Source of the DNA: a virus
Length of the DNA stretch: 64,000 nucleotides
Virus record (IMG/VR): IMGVR_UViG_3300038620_000126
Coordinates: 46,247 to 110,246 of that record
Strand: one strand, 5' to 3'
The notes beneath the pieces are model-generated. The model ran no database searches and was not told where the DNA came from. It saw only the letters and a program-made list of their open reading frames with translations. Below, one piece after another: positions 29,340 through 39,104 of the stretch (the first letter of the stretch is position 1; every line of letters starts with the position of its first letter). Both the position numbers and the translations under genes were made by a program.

Positions 29340-31577
29340 TTATAATCCGTAATTTGTTATATCGAATTGAAGATTTTGCTTACTAGTACAGATTATATCA
29401 AAAAATCCACTTTTGTTTATAGGTTCAATAACACCTATGTTGGTTTGATAGTTTCCGTTTCCATCATTTTCTGTTAGCAATATAATAGAATTATTTTGGA
29501 ATTCAACAGGTGTTTTAATTTTTATCCGAACAAGCTGTCCAGTTGACCATGATTGATTATTATCATCTAAGTAAATATAAATGTTATTCGTTGCTGTAAG
29601 TTCGATATCAGATTCATGAATAATATAATTATTAAAGGGTTTAAGTGAAAATATATTTCTTGTAGTTGATATGCCTGTTACTGTATCAAGTTTAACTTGT
29701 TCAATATTTGAATAATGTTCTTTATCATTGTTAATACGTATTGTATTATTATCATTGCGATCAACAACAACACCACGACCACCTCTTATTGGGTCAAGGT
29801 TGTAGGTAATTTGTGCACTTGTTTCATTGTTTAGTATATTAATAATTTCTTGATAATTTCTTTCAACAAGTGACATAAGTTCACTAACATTTTCAAAGTT
29901 AGCACGATTTGCATCAATAAAACTTTCAAGTTTGTTAATCCTGTTAAGAACATCTTGTTGGGTTTCACCAGTTAACACTATATCTTTTAATGTTTCAACT
30001 TCTGTTCTTAATGAATCAATTTCACTTATACTTTCATTGATATCAGTAGTTGCTTTTTGTAAATATTTAGCTGCATCCATGTAAATGTCAAATGAAAATG
30101 TATTGTAATCATTAACATTTGTAACAATATCACTCTTAAATTGTGTTGTATCAAATCTAAGGTTTTGTTTTAGAGAATAAGAATTCCCATTTTGACGATT
30201 GCCACGAGTTCCTGCTGGCTTGTACTTTGTAAAACACTCAAATTTAAAACCAGTATTTCCAGATGGTCTGGGTTCCTCTAAAAATAAAACACCATACAAG
30301 TTGGTTGCAAAATTTTCAGGATTATCAGCTTCGTAAATATCATAGTAAATTGCTATTGCATTAAATTCAAAAGAACTTGACCCAGATGTTTGATTTAACT
30401 CAGGGAAACTTTCTAAACGCCTGTCTTGAAATAATCTATAGTTATTTTCATTGAAGTCAATTGTAATACCGTCTAAACGACTTCTAAGATACCAATCTTC
30501 TTTTTTGATATTTGTTGGAGCAGTCCATTCTTTGTAAATTAAGTCATTCGTAGCATCACCAAATTCTTTATCCGTATAATAAGCATATGGCCCACTTGAT
30601 GCAATATTATAGTTTGAATTTTGAAACCACCGAGAACCGTTTTGTGGCGTTGGAAGTGGATCACCCGGTGCATCAATTCCACCTTCATAATACTTAAAAG
30701 CAAGGGTGGGTGTTCCTTGTTGATTTAATGATTGTGCTGGGTTTAATCTATGGTCATAAAAAGCTTCATAAAAAAGTTCTGGTGTTGGGTTTTCATTTGC
30801 ATCTCTGCCCGCTATAAATGGGTTATTAGTATCTGATGGAATCACAAAACTTTCTTCATAAACATTTTCAACTGCTTGAGACTTGAACATTACATAAGGC
30901 GTAGAACCATGATCATTAGGAATATGAATGTAAACCTCTGTAAATGAATTATCAGAATGCATTACGTTATTAGTAACATCAATTTCCCCAACATACTTAA
31001 CAACTCTTTGGTACCAGTTTTTACTTAAACCAGAATCTGCCTCCTTTTCTTCTAAAAAACGTTTTTCACCATTTTGAAAAGCTTGGGAATCAGTGCTAAA
31101 TTCGGCGGGCGATGCTTCTTCAAAACGTATAGCACCAACTTCTTTTAATGCTTTGAAAAATATACGTTCTGCTGGTGATTCTAATTTGGTGTGATCAAAA
31201 TCTGGTTTTGAACGCGTTAAAACCTCAGCATTTAGTACATAATTTTGAAAGAATTCAGCAAATCTATAATTATGTCTTGTGTTACCAGGTGATGTACTAG
31301 CGCTTGAACCATCAGCCCAAAGATATCTACCCTCTACTGCATCGTAATGAAAATAGTTAGAACCATTGAAATCTCTGGTATCATACACCCACCTTGTTGA
31401 ATCATTAGGGTCTTGTTGAGCATTAACAAGCTTTGGAATATCTAAAGCAACAAACTTAGAAAAACGAAACTTTCTATTTGAATTGTTAAACGTAGCAGCT
31501 AAATCATTTTCAGTTGATTGAAAGGTATATAATGTTCCTTCTTGACCTTTAATTGGATATAATAGTGGTGTTATCAA
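29340..31577 (-). CDS. putative virion structural protein with coiled coil
   Basis: 745 aa, TTG start, late promoter motif at 31588-31595. Confidence 0.6.
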   Translation of the reverse strand: MITPLLYPIKGQEGTLYTFQSTENDLAATFNNSNRKFRFSKFVALDIPKLVNAQQDPNDSTRWVYDTRDFNGSNYFHYDAVEGRYLWADGSSASTSPGNTRHNYRFAEFFQNYVLNAEVLTRSKPDFDHTKLESPAERIFFKALKEVGAIRFEEASPAEFSTDSQAFQNGEKRFLEEKEADSGLSKNWYQRVVKYVGEIDVTNNVMHSDNSFTEVYIHIPNDHGSTPYVMFKSQAVENVYEESFVIPSDTNNPFIAGRDANENPTPELFYEAFYDHRLNPAQSLNQQGTPTLAFKYYEGGIDAPGDPLPTPQNGSRWFQNSNYNIASSGPYAYYTDKEFGDATNDLIYKEWTAPTNIKKEDWYLRSRLDGITIDFNENNYRLFQDRRLESFPELNQTSGSSSFEFNAIAIYYDIYEADNPENFATNLYGVLFLEEPRPSGNTGFKFECFTKYKPAGTRGNRQNGNSYSLKQNLRFDTTQFKSDIVTNVNDYNTFSFDIYMDAAKYLQKATTDINESISEIDSLRTEVETLKDIVLTGETQQDVLNRINKLESFIDANRANFENVSELMSLVERNYQEIINILNNETSAQITYNLDPIRGGRGVVVDRNDNNTIRINNDKEHYSNIEQVKLDTVTGISTTRNIFSLKPFNNYIIHESDIELTATNNIYIYLDDNNQSWSTGQLVRIKIKTPVEFQNNSIILLTENDGNGNYQTNIGVIEPINKSGFFDIICTSKQNLQFDITNYGL

Positions 31578-31623
31578 TTTTTTTAATTATTTATTTCTGA
31601 TTAAATAAATAAAAAAATTAACA

Positions 31624-32700
31624 ATGCGTTTGAAGTCTTTTCAAGAATACATTAATTCGAGTTCCATTAATGAAGATATATTTAACATAGTTAGGCATCA
31701 AGAAGTTGAAAAATTACTCCAGCAGATAAAAGATTGGTGGAAAAATTTTGATTCATATAAAACTGTTAAAAATTATTGGGGAGAAAAGAAAGAAATAAAA
31801 AATAAAGATTATCAATTTTTTATGTTAAGGAAAAAAACAGAAGATAATGTTACTTTGCAGAAAACTGGTGGTTTAGTTAATGATAATAAAGAAGTTAAAG
31901 AATTTACAATTTCCATACCTAGTAACATTAAAAATAAACAATTGGATGAATTTGCCGGATTAAAAATTCATTTTAAAAGTGAAAAGGGTTATAAAAAAGG
32001 TGCTAAATACAATCCTAGAGAAAAGGTAGTTAAAGTTTATCAAGCAGACTTTAATAAAAGAAATCCCATAGCAATGCTATACACCGAAATTGTACACGAG
32101 CTTATGCATTTTCTTGACCATAAGCGTTATAAGGATTCAGATGAATTTTACAAAAACACATATAGTAATGTGGAAAATTTTGAAAAGTACATTAATTCAC
32201 CTAAAGAATTGTTTGCTTTTGCGGCTTCTAATTTTTCAACTGTTTATGAAGTAATTATGATGATGAACAAAAATAAAATAACTTTTAATCTCTTTATGAA
32301 GTTTGTATTTGGTTCTGATAACTATGAAAAATATTACAAAAGTCTTAATGATAGAAATAAAAAGAAAATTAAAAAAGAAATTTACAAAACTTATCAAAAA
32401 GTAGTTAATAATTATGAAGCTTACGGTTTTACCAACATATTTGAAAGAAGTCCAAAAGAAATATCAAAAGAAAGTAAACATGATGAAATACTGTTGCAGG
32501 GTTTAAAACAACTAATAAAAACAGATGCTAAAGACTTAGTTGAATGGAGACAAAAAAATTTAAATGATATTATTACTTTAATTGAAAAAAGATTTAAAAA
32601 TACTCCCGAAAATAAACCCGCCTTTCAAGATTTTGAGTCCGATAAAGATTTATCTAATGAATTTTCTAATGTTTTAGAAGAACTCAAATCCTTAAAATAA
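31624..32700 (+). CDS. tagged zincin-like metallopeptidase
   Basis: MRLKSFQEYINSSSINE tag; HELMH followed by YINSPKELFAF; paralog of 63184..64000. Confidence 0.7.
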   Translation: MRLKSFQEYINSSSINEDIFNIVRHQEVEKLLQQIKDWWKNFDSYKTVKNYWGEKKEIKNKDYQFFMLRKKTEDNVTLQKTGGLVNDNKEVKEFTISIPSNIKNKQLDEFAGLKIHFKSEKGYKKGAKYNPREKVVKVYQADFNKRNPIAMLYTEIVHELMHFLDHKRYKDSDEFYKNTYSNVENFEKYINSPKELFAFAASNFSTVYEVIMMMNKNKITFNLFMKFVFGSDNYEKYYKSLNDRNKKKIKKEIYKTYQKVVNNYEAYGFTNIFERSPKEISKESKHDEILLQGLKQLIKTDAKDLVEWRQKNLNDIITLIEKRFKNTPENKPAFQDFESDKDLSNEFSNVLEELKSLK

Positions 32701-32715
32701 AAAAAAACAAAGTCA

Positions 32716-33579
32716 TTGAAAAATAACCAAAGAAAAATACCAAATTTTTCTGAATTTCTTAATGAAAAACAAAATAATAATTTTGAAAGGTTATATGAAT
32801 TTTTGAATACAGAAATGTTAGCGCTTAAAAATTATCTTACTTTAGACAAAGAAAAACAAAAAGATGATTTAGCTAATACATTTCCATTTTTATGGGAATA
32901 TTTTGCAAAGGAACATAATTACGATCCAAATAAAGTACAAGACTTTGATGATATAGATGAACTTACAAGTGAAGAGAAAAAAAAGTTCAAAGATTGGTTA
33001 TATAAACAAATTGTGAAACTTGGTGGTGGTCATTTACCAATAATGGATGCTGATATTCCAAGTTGGTTCTATTTTGATTATATAAAAATTGTTAAAAATC
33101 AATGGTTGGTTCATTTAACTGACTATCCATTTGAAATTGTAAAAGATGGTTTTACAAAAGGTGTAATGGCAGTAGATAAATTGGGATTAACTACAGCATT
33201 TGGGGGTAGTATAAAAGAATTTGGGGGCTATAACTTTGCTTATGATATTGATGATGTCGAAAGATACGGTAGGGCATCTAGAAACAGTATGAGAGATGAA
33301 TACAACTATGGTGATGAAGCAGTTTTCTTTAGGGGGTCAGGTGTAAAAGTATATCATTATGGTGATGAAGAAGATCAAGTTATATTTTTTGGTAAAAGTG
33401 TTACAAACAGAATAGCAGCTGTAAAAGATGATGAAGTTCCTGTGTGGGAAGATAGTAAATGGGCTTTAATATCTAATAAAACTGATAGGCCGATAGTTAA
33501 AAAAGATACATTAGGTGAGTTAGGTTATTGGCTCCAACAAAATGAACAACAGTATAAAAGTCATATTTCAAATAAATAA
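32716..33579 (+). CDS. tagged ADP-ribosyltransferase-like protein (His-type)
   Basis: KIPNFSEFLNE tag; WLVHLT...GGYNFAY...YG...GDEEDQVIF resembles an H-Y/F-E ART core. Confidence 0.5.
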   Translation: MKNNQRKIPNFSEFLNEKQNNNFERLYEFLNTEMLALKNYLTLDKEKQKDDLANTFPFLWEYFAKEHNYDPNKVQDFDDIDELTSEEKKKFKDWLYKQIVKLGGGHLPIMDADIPSWFYFDYIKIVKNQWLVHLTDYPFEIVKDGFTKGVMAVDKLGLTTAFGGSIKEFGGYNFAYDIDDVERYGRASRNSMRDEYNYGDEAVFFRGSGVKVYHYGDEEDQVIFFGKSVTNRIAAVKDDEVPVWEDSKWALISNKTDRPIVKKDTLGELGYWLQQNEQQYKSHISNK

Positions 33580-33587
33580 AAAAAATT

Positions 33588-34229
33588 ATGGAAGAAAAGT
33601 CTAAAGAAGATGTATTAAAAGTTTTAATGGATTATAAAGAAAACCCATCAGCAGGAGATACTGAAAAAATAAAAAATGCAAAAAAATTACTTCTTAATAC
33701 AGACGCAGGACAAGAAATAATTAAAAAATCACAAAAAGAAGTAAAAAAGTCAGTTAAAAAACGAAATGATGAAATATGTTGCTTCGGAACTAATAATAAA
33801 GCTGTTGTTTTTAGAGGGGGTTCAAATGTAGGATTTGAAAGTGATGCTGGTTGGACTTTAGATGCATTTACAGCTTCAAGATTTGCAGTTATGTTTGGAA
33901 ACCCAGAACCAGGTGTATATGAAGGTGAAATTGGTATTGGAATGGTGAATATTGAAGATATAGTGTTTTATGATGTAGCATTTGAAGATTACATAAAAAG
34001 TAAAAATCCTACAGTTATAGAACACGAAATAATAACAAAAAAATTAGGTGATGTGAAACCTTTAAGTGATATAGAATATATAACTGTTGAAGGTGATGAA
34101 GATGGTTTTCCTACAGAAGAATCAGAAGAAAAAATTAAATCAACAGTAAAAAAGTATGTTAAAAATATTAATGAATCGAAAAAAATTCTTACTTTTTTTG
34201 AATTCTTAAATGAAAGAAAACAACTATGA
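33588..34229 (+). CDS. ADP-ribosyltransferase-like protein (Arg-type) with C-terminal tag-like motif
   Basis: VVFRGG...GWT...ASRFA...EHEII matches the R-S-ExE layout; ends INESKKILTFFEFLNE. Confidence 0.55.
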   Translation: MEEKSKEDVLKVLMDYKENPSAGDTEKIKNAKKLLLNTDAGQEIIKKSQKEVKKSVKKRNDEICCFGTNNKAVVFRGGSNVGFESDAGWTLDAFTASRFAVMFGNPEPGVYEGEIGIGMVNIEDIVFYDVAFEDYIKSKNPTVIEHEIITKKLGDVKPLSDIEYITVEGDEDGFPTEESEEKIKSTVKKYVKNINESKKILTFFEFLNERKQL

Positions 34230-34401
34230 AACTAAAATCTTTTGAAAACTACATAACAGAAAAACGAAAAAAACCAGATAAAAATATACAAGATAAATTT
34301 TTACCTTGAAGATGATTTTAATTGTATTGCTAATAAAAAAAGATTTTACAAAAGAAGATGTTAAAGCTGTTTCTGATGTTAAAGGTAAAATAATAGTTTA
34401 A
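34226..34401 (+). pseudogene. internally deleted relic of the tagged LRR family
   Basis: MKLKSFENYITEKRKKPD..* followed by DFNCIANKK/DFTKEDVKAVSDVKGKIIV* (frameshift in A7). Resembles both termini of 419..2080. Confidence 0.7.
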
Positions 34402-34461
34402 TAAAATAAATACTAAAAGTAAAAAATCAGTTGAAATTTCAAATGATTAAATTAATTAAAG

Positions 34462-35097
34462 TTACTTTTCATTTATAAAAAATGTAAACTCCCCATACTT
34501 TACACTTTTATCTTTAATAATAAGTTTAGGATGCAGGTTTGTAATGTGTCCTTCCTTTTTAAGATATATTCTAAAAACCAGTAAATCTCTAAAATTACTG
34601 TAACTATCTAAAGCACTGTAAAAGTTATCCGCTGTGTCATATAGTATTTCTTTAATATCTATGTTTTCGTCCAGTTCCAAAAATTCAAATTCCAAATTTT
34701 CAGGATCGTAATTTTCAATGTATATAGGAATATCGATATAACTATCATCATCGGTTAAGTTAAGTTTTGGATATGTTTTTTGATTGGCTCCAAATATTGG
34801 AAAAGGTATAACTTTAGGCTCTGATTCTACATTTTGATAATTTGCATTAATTATCATGTTTAAGGGAATATTCCGAGCAGTATTGCCATCATCAAATGAT
34901 ATATCAAGATAAACACGGTTAGAAGTATTTTTCAAAAACACGCTTTTGACAACACCACTCTGCTTAGATACGGCGGTTGATCCTTCGTTGTTTGTTATGG
35001 GAACAAGAAAGTCTCTGGAACCGTATATAGTTAATTCTTTTCCCTTAAAACTTTCATTAATAAAGTTATGTAAATCACCTTTAAAGTAGTTCTCCAT
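34462..35097 (-). CDS. hypothetical protein sharing its N-terminal domain with 37934..38755
   Basis: M..YFKG......E..GK..T..S shared start. Confidence 0.65.
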   Translation of the reverse strand: MENYFKGDLHNFINESFKGKELTIYGSRDFLVPITNNEGSTAVSKQSGVVKSVFLKNTSNRVYLDISFDDGNTARNIPLNMIINANYQNVESEPKVIPFPIFGANQKTYPKLNLTDDDSYIDIPIYIENYDPENLEFEFLELDENIDIKEILYDTADNFYSALDSYSNFRDLLVFRIYLKKEGHITNLHPKLIIKDKSVKYGEFTFFINEK

Positions 35098-35104
35098 AGT
35101 AATT

Positions 35105-36769
35105 TTAATTTAGTGGTTCATTTATCTCACTAATGTAAATGTTAACAGAACTTTGAGTGTCAAAATTTGGAAGTTCTTCAAAGTAAATACCATTTCTGTC
35201 TGTCCAATCACCCCTAATAATTGGAACTTCTTTTTCTCCCAATATAATATTTCCATTTCTATCTAAACCAGGGGTTTCATTGGAATTTGGTTTTTCTGCT
35301 TTTAGTTCTTCATTTTCTTTTGAAATAAAATAAACATCAACCCAGTCTACACCTTCTATTCCTTCAATTACATCAATTAAATCGGATTTAGGAATTTTAG
35401 TTCTGCGTTTTCTATTTACAAAATAATCTGAAAGACGTTCTAAAATTTCATTTCGAATAAGATTAGCATCATTACCTTGAAATATTCCAAGTTCAATCGT
35501 TAAAACGTAACGCCTTAGTGTTGGATTAACAATTTTAATAACATTTGTAATAACTCGCTGTCCACTCTCTTCTATAAGATTTAAAAGCTTGGTTTTATTA
35601 CGTTCAGACAATTTGAAAGCATCTATCGGAACGGTAAAATAATTTGTATTTGTTCCCAAAAACTTATAAATATTGGGTATTAACATAACATATACAACGT
35701 TATCATTTTCAGGATTATTATCTTCTGTCTTAGTCCAAACATCAATAAAACTAAAAGTGTTCAACTTTTGAAAAAATGTTCTTATGTTAGTTTTATTTGC
35801 TAAAACGAAATTTCTGCTCTGCTTAGGAGCTATTATTCTAGTAAATTCTGGGTCTTCTGCATTAGCACCAAGGTTAATATCGTCTACCATACCAGCTTTA
35901 AAAAACTGATTCAAATCCACACCATTACCCTGTATATCAAAACCCTGATCCAAAAACTGAAAATTAACATTTTCTTTCTTTTGAAGATTTCCAGCTTGTC
36001 CATTAGTAACTAAGTAATCAATTTCTATGTTTGCTCCGGGCGGTGGACGTTTTCCAAAATTTCCAGTTCCAAAGTAAACATCTATTCCTTTATTAATACC
36101 AGTTTTAAGTAAAAATCCCTCTGCTTCTCGCGGTATATCATAAAGACTATCATACTTACTCCATTCTTTTCCATTAACTTTAACCCGCGTATATTGATGG
36201 TCTATTTGAACATTGGGTTTTACAGTTAGTGTGAAACTTTGAAGTTTTGTGCCATTTCCTGTTTTTTGTTGGGTTTCAAATTTACCTTCAACAAGTTTAA
36301 CATTAATAATTTCAGTAGGAACTTGTGGTAATGCTATTTGATCTGCATTAAGAATAACCGTATAAATTAACCCATTTCCAGCTTCTCCACCAAGCCTAAC
36401 TTTCGTATAATTTATTAAATAAGCATATTGACCCGTTATTTCAGATTGGGCACTTTTATCAAATACAATTTGAATTGTACCAGATGCAGACCTAGCATTT
36501 GTTGGGTTATGACCTGTAAGGCGAGCAAGCCCATAAATTGAGTGGTTTCTACGTGCTTCATTTATGTTAAGTTCAGCAACGGAGTCTTGAATAAAGTAAA
36601 ATATTAGTTGGGCCAAATTTAACATGACTTGAAAAAGTTGACCCCACGGACTTCCTTCAGTAAACGTTTGACTTGCTTGTCTATAACGTTCACGCAAAAA
36701 GTCTTTTGCATCTGTTATTAATTCAGTTACTTGAACCCGTGATTTAGAAAAGAATTTTTCAAATCTCAA
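35105..36769 (-). CDS. gp6: baseplate wedge subunit (T4 gp6-like)
   Basis: A..RHSIYGLARLTGHNP...SASG, FGTGNFGK.P..GA.I.IDYL.TNG..GN, GA..E motifs. Confidence 0.85.
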   Translation of the reverse strand: MRFEKFFSKSRVQVTELITDAKDFLRERYRQASQTFTEGSPWGQLFQVMLNLAQLIFYFIQDSVAELNINEARRNHSIYGLARLTGHNPTNARSASGTIQIVFDKSAQSEITGQYAYLINYTKVRLGGEAGNGLIYTVILNADQIALPQVPTEIINVKLVEGKFETQQKTGNGTKLQSFTLTVKPNVQIDHQYTRVKVNGKEWSKYDSLYDIPREAEGFLLKTGINKGIDVYFGTGNFGKRPPPGANIEIDYLVTNGQAGNLQKKENVNFQFLDQGFDIQGNGVDLNQFFKAGMVDDINLGANAEDPEFTRIIAPKQSRNFVLANKTNIRTFFQKLNTFSFIDVWTKTEDNNPENDNVVYVMLIPNIYKFLGTNTNYFTVPIDAFKLSERNKTKLLNLIEESGQRVITNVIKIVNPTLRRYVLTIELGIFQGNDANLIRNEILERLSDYFVNRKRRTKIPKSDLIDVIEGIEGVDWVDVYFISKENEELKAEKPNSNETPGLDRNGNIILGEKEVPIIRGDWTDRNGIYFEELPNFDTQSSVNIYISEINEPLN

Positions 36770-36857
36770 TATAAGTTTTTCTTTATTTATTTAATAAAAT
36801 ATTTAGAAGTTTAAAAGTACCTTTATCAAAAATAAAAATAAATAAAGAAAAAACAAA

Positions 36858-37850
36858 ATGAATATAAAATCATTTGAAGAATTTTTATTTGAAATGAAAA
36901 GGGGGCCTGAGGGGTATCAAGGAAATGGTTGGCAAACCGGTTTATTTGGGGGTGAAGTTGATACCCACAAATCAATGCATATTATAGGCAGAAACGTTAC
37001 ACATGCAGCAGACGATATAATTAACAGTTTAAAATCACAAGACAAAAAATTAGCAAGTACATTTGAAAGACTAATGGATAAAAATCCCGCTTACTTTTTT
37101 GAAATACTAAGTATAGTTTATCAAGTAGTTACAGGAGACTTAATTAGTAAAACATCTAAAAATATAACAACACCAGAAGAACTGGAAGAAGAAATACATG
37201 ATGCTGCAAATGAATTAACCGAATACATAAAAGATGCAATTGGTAAAACGGATTATTTACAAATTGAAAACAGGTACAAAAAAATAATTTACTATATTTT
37301 AGAAAACTTTGATTTTTCTAATACAGGAAAAGGAATAAGTTTAGAGGATATACAAATTATTCTTGATGGGTTTACATGGTATAATACAAGTAAGATAGCT
37401 CAAATGGATAAAGAATCTATGAGAGTTGCAACACGAGCTTATCATATTAAAACAAACTGGAAAGATTTAAGAAACACTCAAAAAGAACAAAATAAGTGGT
37501 TTGATCCTTGTATATTTTTTGGTAGGAAAGGGGAAAATAGAGATATAAAGTATTATATAGATAACTTTTCAATAGAAGAATTACAGGCTATGATAAAAAG
37601 CCGAAATGAAGCTGGTAGAGCTTTAATTGATAAAAGACGACTTCCAAAGTCATTAAAAAATATTCAAAAATATAGTAATGAATGGAAGAAGAGAGAAAAA
37701 ACCAGTCCGTGGTATAAACACTATAGAAAAAAAGAAGCTCTAAGAAGTACAAATGCAAAAAGAGGTTATAAAATTAAACCCAGATTTAATCCAATGATTG
37801 TAAGCAAAGCACTAAAAGATAGCGGACTAAGAAACCCACCAATGACATGA
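36858..37850 (+). CDS. tagged protein with basic C-terminus, putative internal head protein
   Basis: MNIKSFEEFLFE tag; own AATAAATA at 36837-36844 and own terminator; inverted relative to neighbours. Confidence 0.75.
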   Translation: MNIKSFEEFLFEMKRGPEGYQGNGWQTGLFGGEVDTHKSMHIIGRNVTHAADDIINSLKSQDKKLASTFERLMDKNPAYFFEILSIVYQVVTGDLISKTSKNITTPEELEEEIHDAANELTEYIKDAIGKTDYLQIENRYKKIIYYILENFDFSNTGKGISLEDIQIILDGFTWYNTSKIAQMDKESMRVATRAYHIKTNWKDLRNTQKEQNKWFDPCIFFGRKGENRDIKYYIDNFSIEELQAMIKSRNEAGRALIDKRRLPKSLKNIQKYSNEWKKREKTSPWYKHYRKKEALRSTNAKRGYKIKPRFNPMIVSKALKDSGLRNPPMT

Positions 37851-37875
37851 AATGGCTTTATAAAAAGTTTAAAAT

Positions 37876-37909
37876 AAAAGTGGCTATCAATGAAAATAGC
37901 CACTTTTTT
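37876..37909. terminator. bidirectional intrinsic terminator
   Basis: AAAAGTGGCTAT / ATAGCCACTTTT between convergent genes. Confidence 0.85.
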
Positions 37910-37933
37910 AATTAATTACAAGTGTTTTTTTGT

Positions 37934-38755
37934 TTATACGCTAAAACTTTGTACGTCATCAACAAAGTAAACTTTGATAGTTTTAGTGACAGAAGATGAT
38001 CCAACAGGCACACCAGCAAGTGTTACGTCAAAAGTTGCAACTGCATTTCCATCGCTCCAGTCATTTCTACTTACAGACAATTCAAAACTATTTCCTGTAA
38101 AGTTATTACTATTGTAAATTGTATCAATAAAACTATTTGATAATGGATTGCTTTGAGTATCAGTAAAACTAGTGAGTGAAACAGATGGGGCAATTTCACC
38201 ATCAAAAAAGTCATTGTTATGAAAACGATCAACAACAAATTTAACTGAATAAGAATTTACGCCCACATAATCATTTGCTTCAGCATCAGAATGTGATTGT
38301 AAAATTTTATCAACTAAATCATTTTTCTTAAACTTATTTTGAACCACATAATATTCGGCTGGTTCGCTATCTAAAATAAGTGGAACAATTACATCAAAAT
38401 TACTACCAGATGAAAGTGATGTTCTAAGTTCATAAAAACTTCCATAATTAAAGTTGTTATCTGGATTAAAAACTTTAATTTGTGACTTTGAATCCTGAGT
38501 AAAATTTGCAAAGTTTACAGAACTGACTGTATATCCATTCGTAAAATGGAAATCGAATAAAAGTATATCACCATCATAATATGGCGTTATACTATCTACA
38601 GTTCCTGTAATTTCGTGTATTTCGTTTTTCTGCAATCCGTTAGAATCTTTAACAGAAAGTTGATTAATGTTTTCTGAATCTCCTACTGTTATGACTTTTC
38701 CATTAAGTTCATTAAGTAGATATTCAAAGATAGTTCCTTTAAAGTAAGTTGTCAT
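37934..38755 (-). CDS. putative late/structural protein, N-terminal paralog of 34462..35097
   Basis: AATAAATA at 38773-38780; beta-rich C-terminus. Confidence 0.65.
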   Translation of the reverse strand: MTTYFKGTIFEYLLNELNGKVITVGDSENINQLSVKDSNGLQKNEIHEITGTVDSITPYYDGDILLFDFHFTNGYTVSSVNFANFTQDSKSQIKVFNPDNNFNYGSFYELRTSLSSGSNFDVIVPLILDSEPAEYYVVQNKFKKNDLVDKILQSHSDAEANDYVGVNSYSVKFVVDRFHNNDFFDGEIAPSVSLTSFTDTQSNPLSNSFIDTIYNSNNFTGNSFELSVSRNDWSDGNAVATFDVTLAGVPVGSSSVTKTIKVYFVDDVQSFSV

Positions 38756-38798
38756 AGTGTTTTATTTTTTTTTATTTATTTGTTTTACTAAAAAGTCT

Positions 38799-39104
38799 TT
38801 ACTTTTTAATGCGACATATTTTTTCTACAAGATTTAATAAGTGAGATTCTTCTTTTTGCATCAAAAAGTAGAGTATAATAAGTATAAGTAAATATACAAA
38901 AATTATTGTCCAAAACAAAAACAAACTAAAGTTTATAAATTCAAAGTGTGTAGTTAAATACAGTACCACATAATTGAAGCCCATTCCAAAAATATAAAAA
39001 TAGAAGTACATTATTATGTACATGTAATAACGGATTTTAGATGTTTTAATTTCTTCTTTTAATTTTTTTATTTTATTCATTTTTATACATTTTTTTAAAA
39101 ACAA
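38799..39104 (-). CDS. small membrane protein (2 TM)
   Basis: Two hydrophobic segments; start may be the downstream ATG (MNKIKK). Confidence 0.6.
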   Translation of the reverse strand: MFLKKCIKMNKIKKLKEEIKTSKIRYYMYIIMYFYFYIFGMGFNYVVLYLTTHFEFINFSLFLFWTIIFVYLLILIILYFLMQKEESHLLNLVEKICRIKK

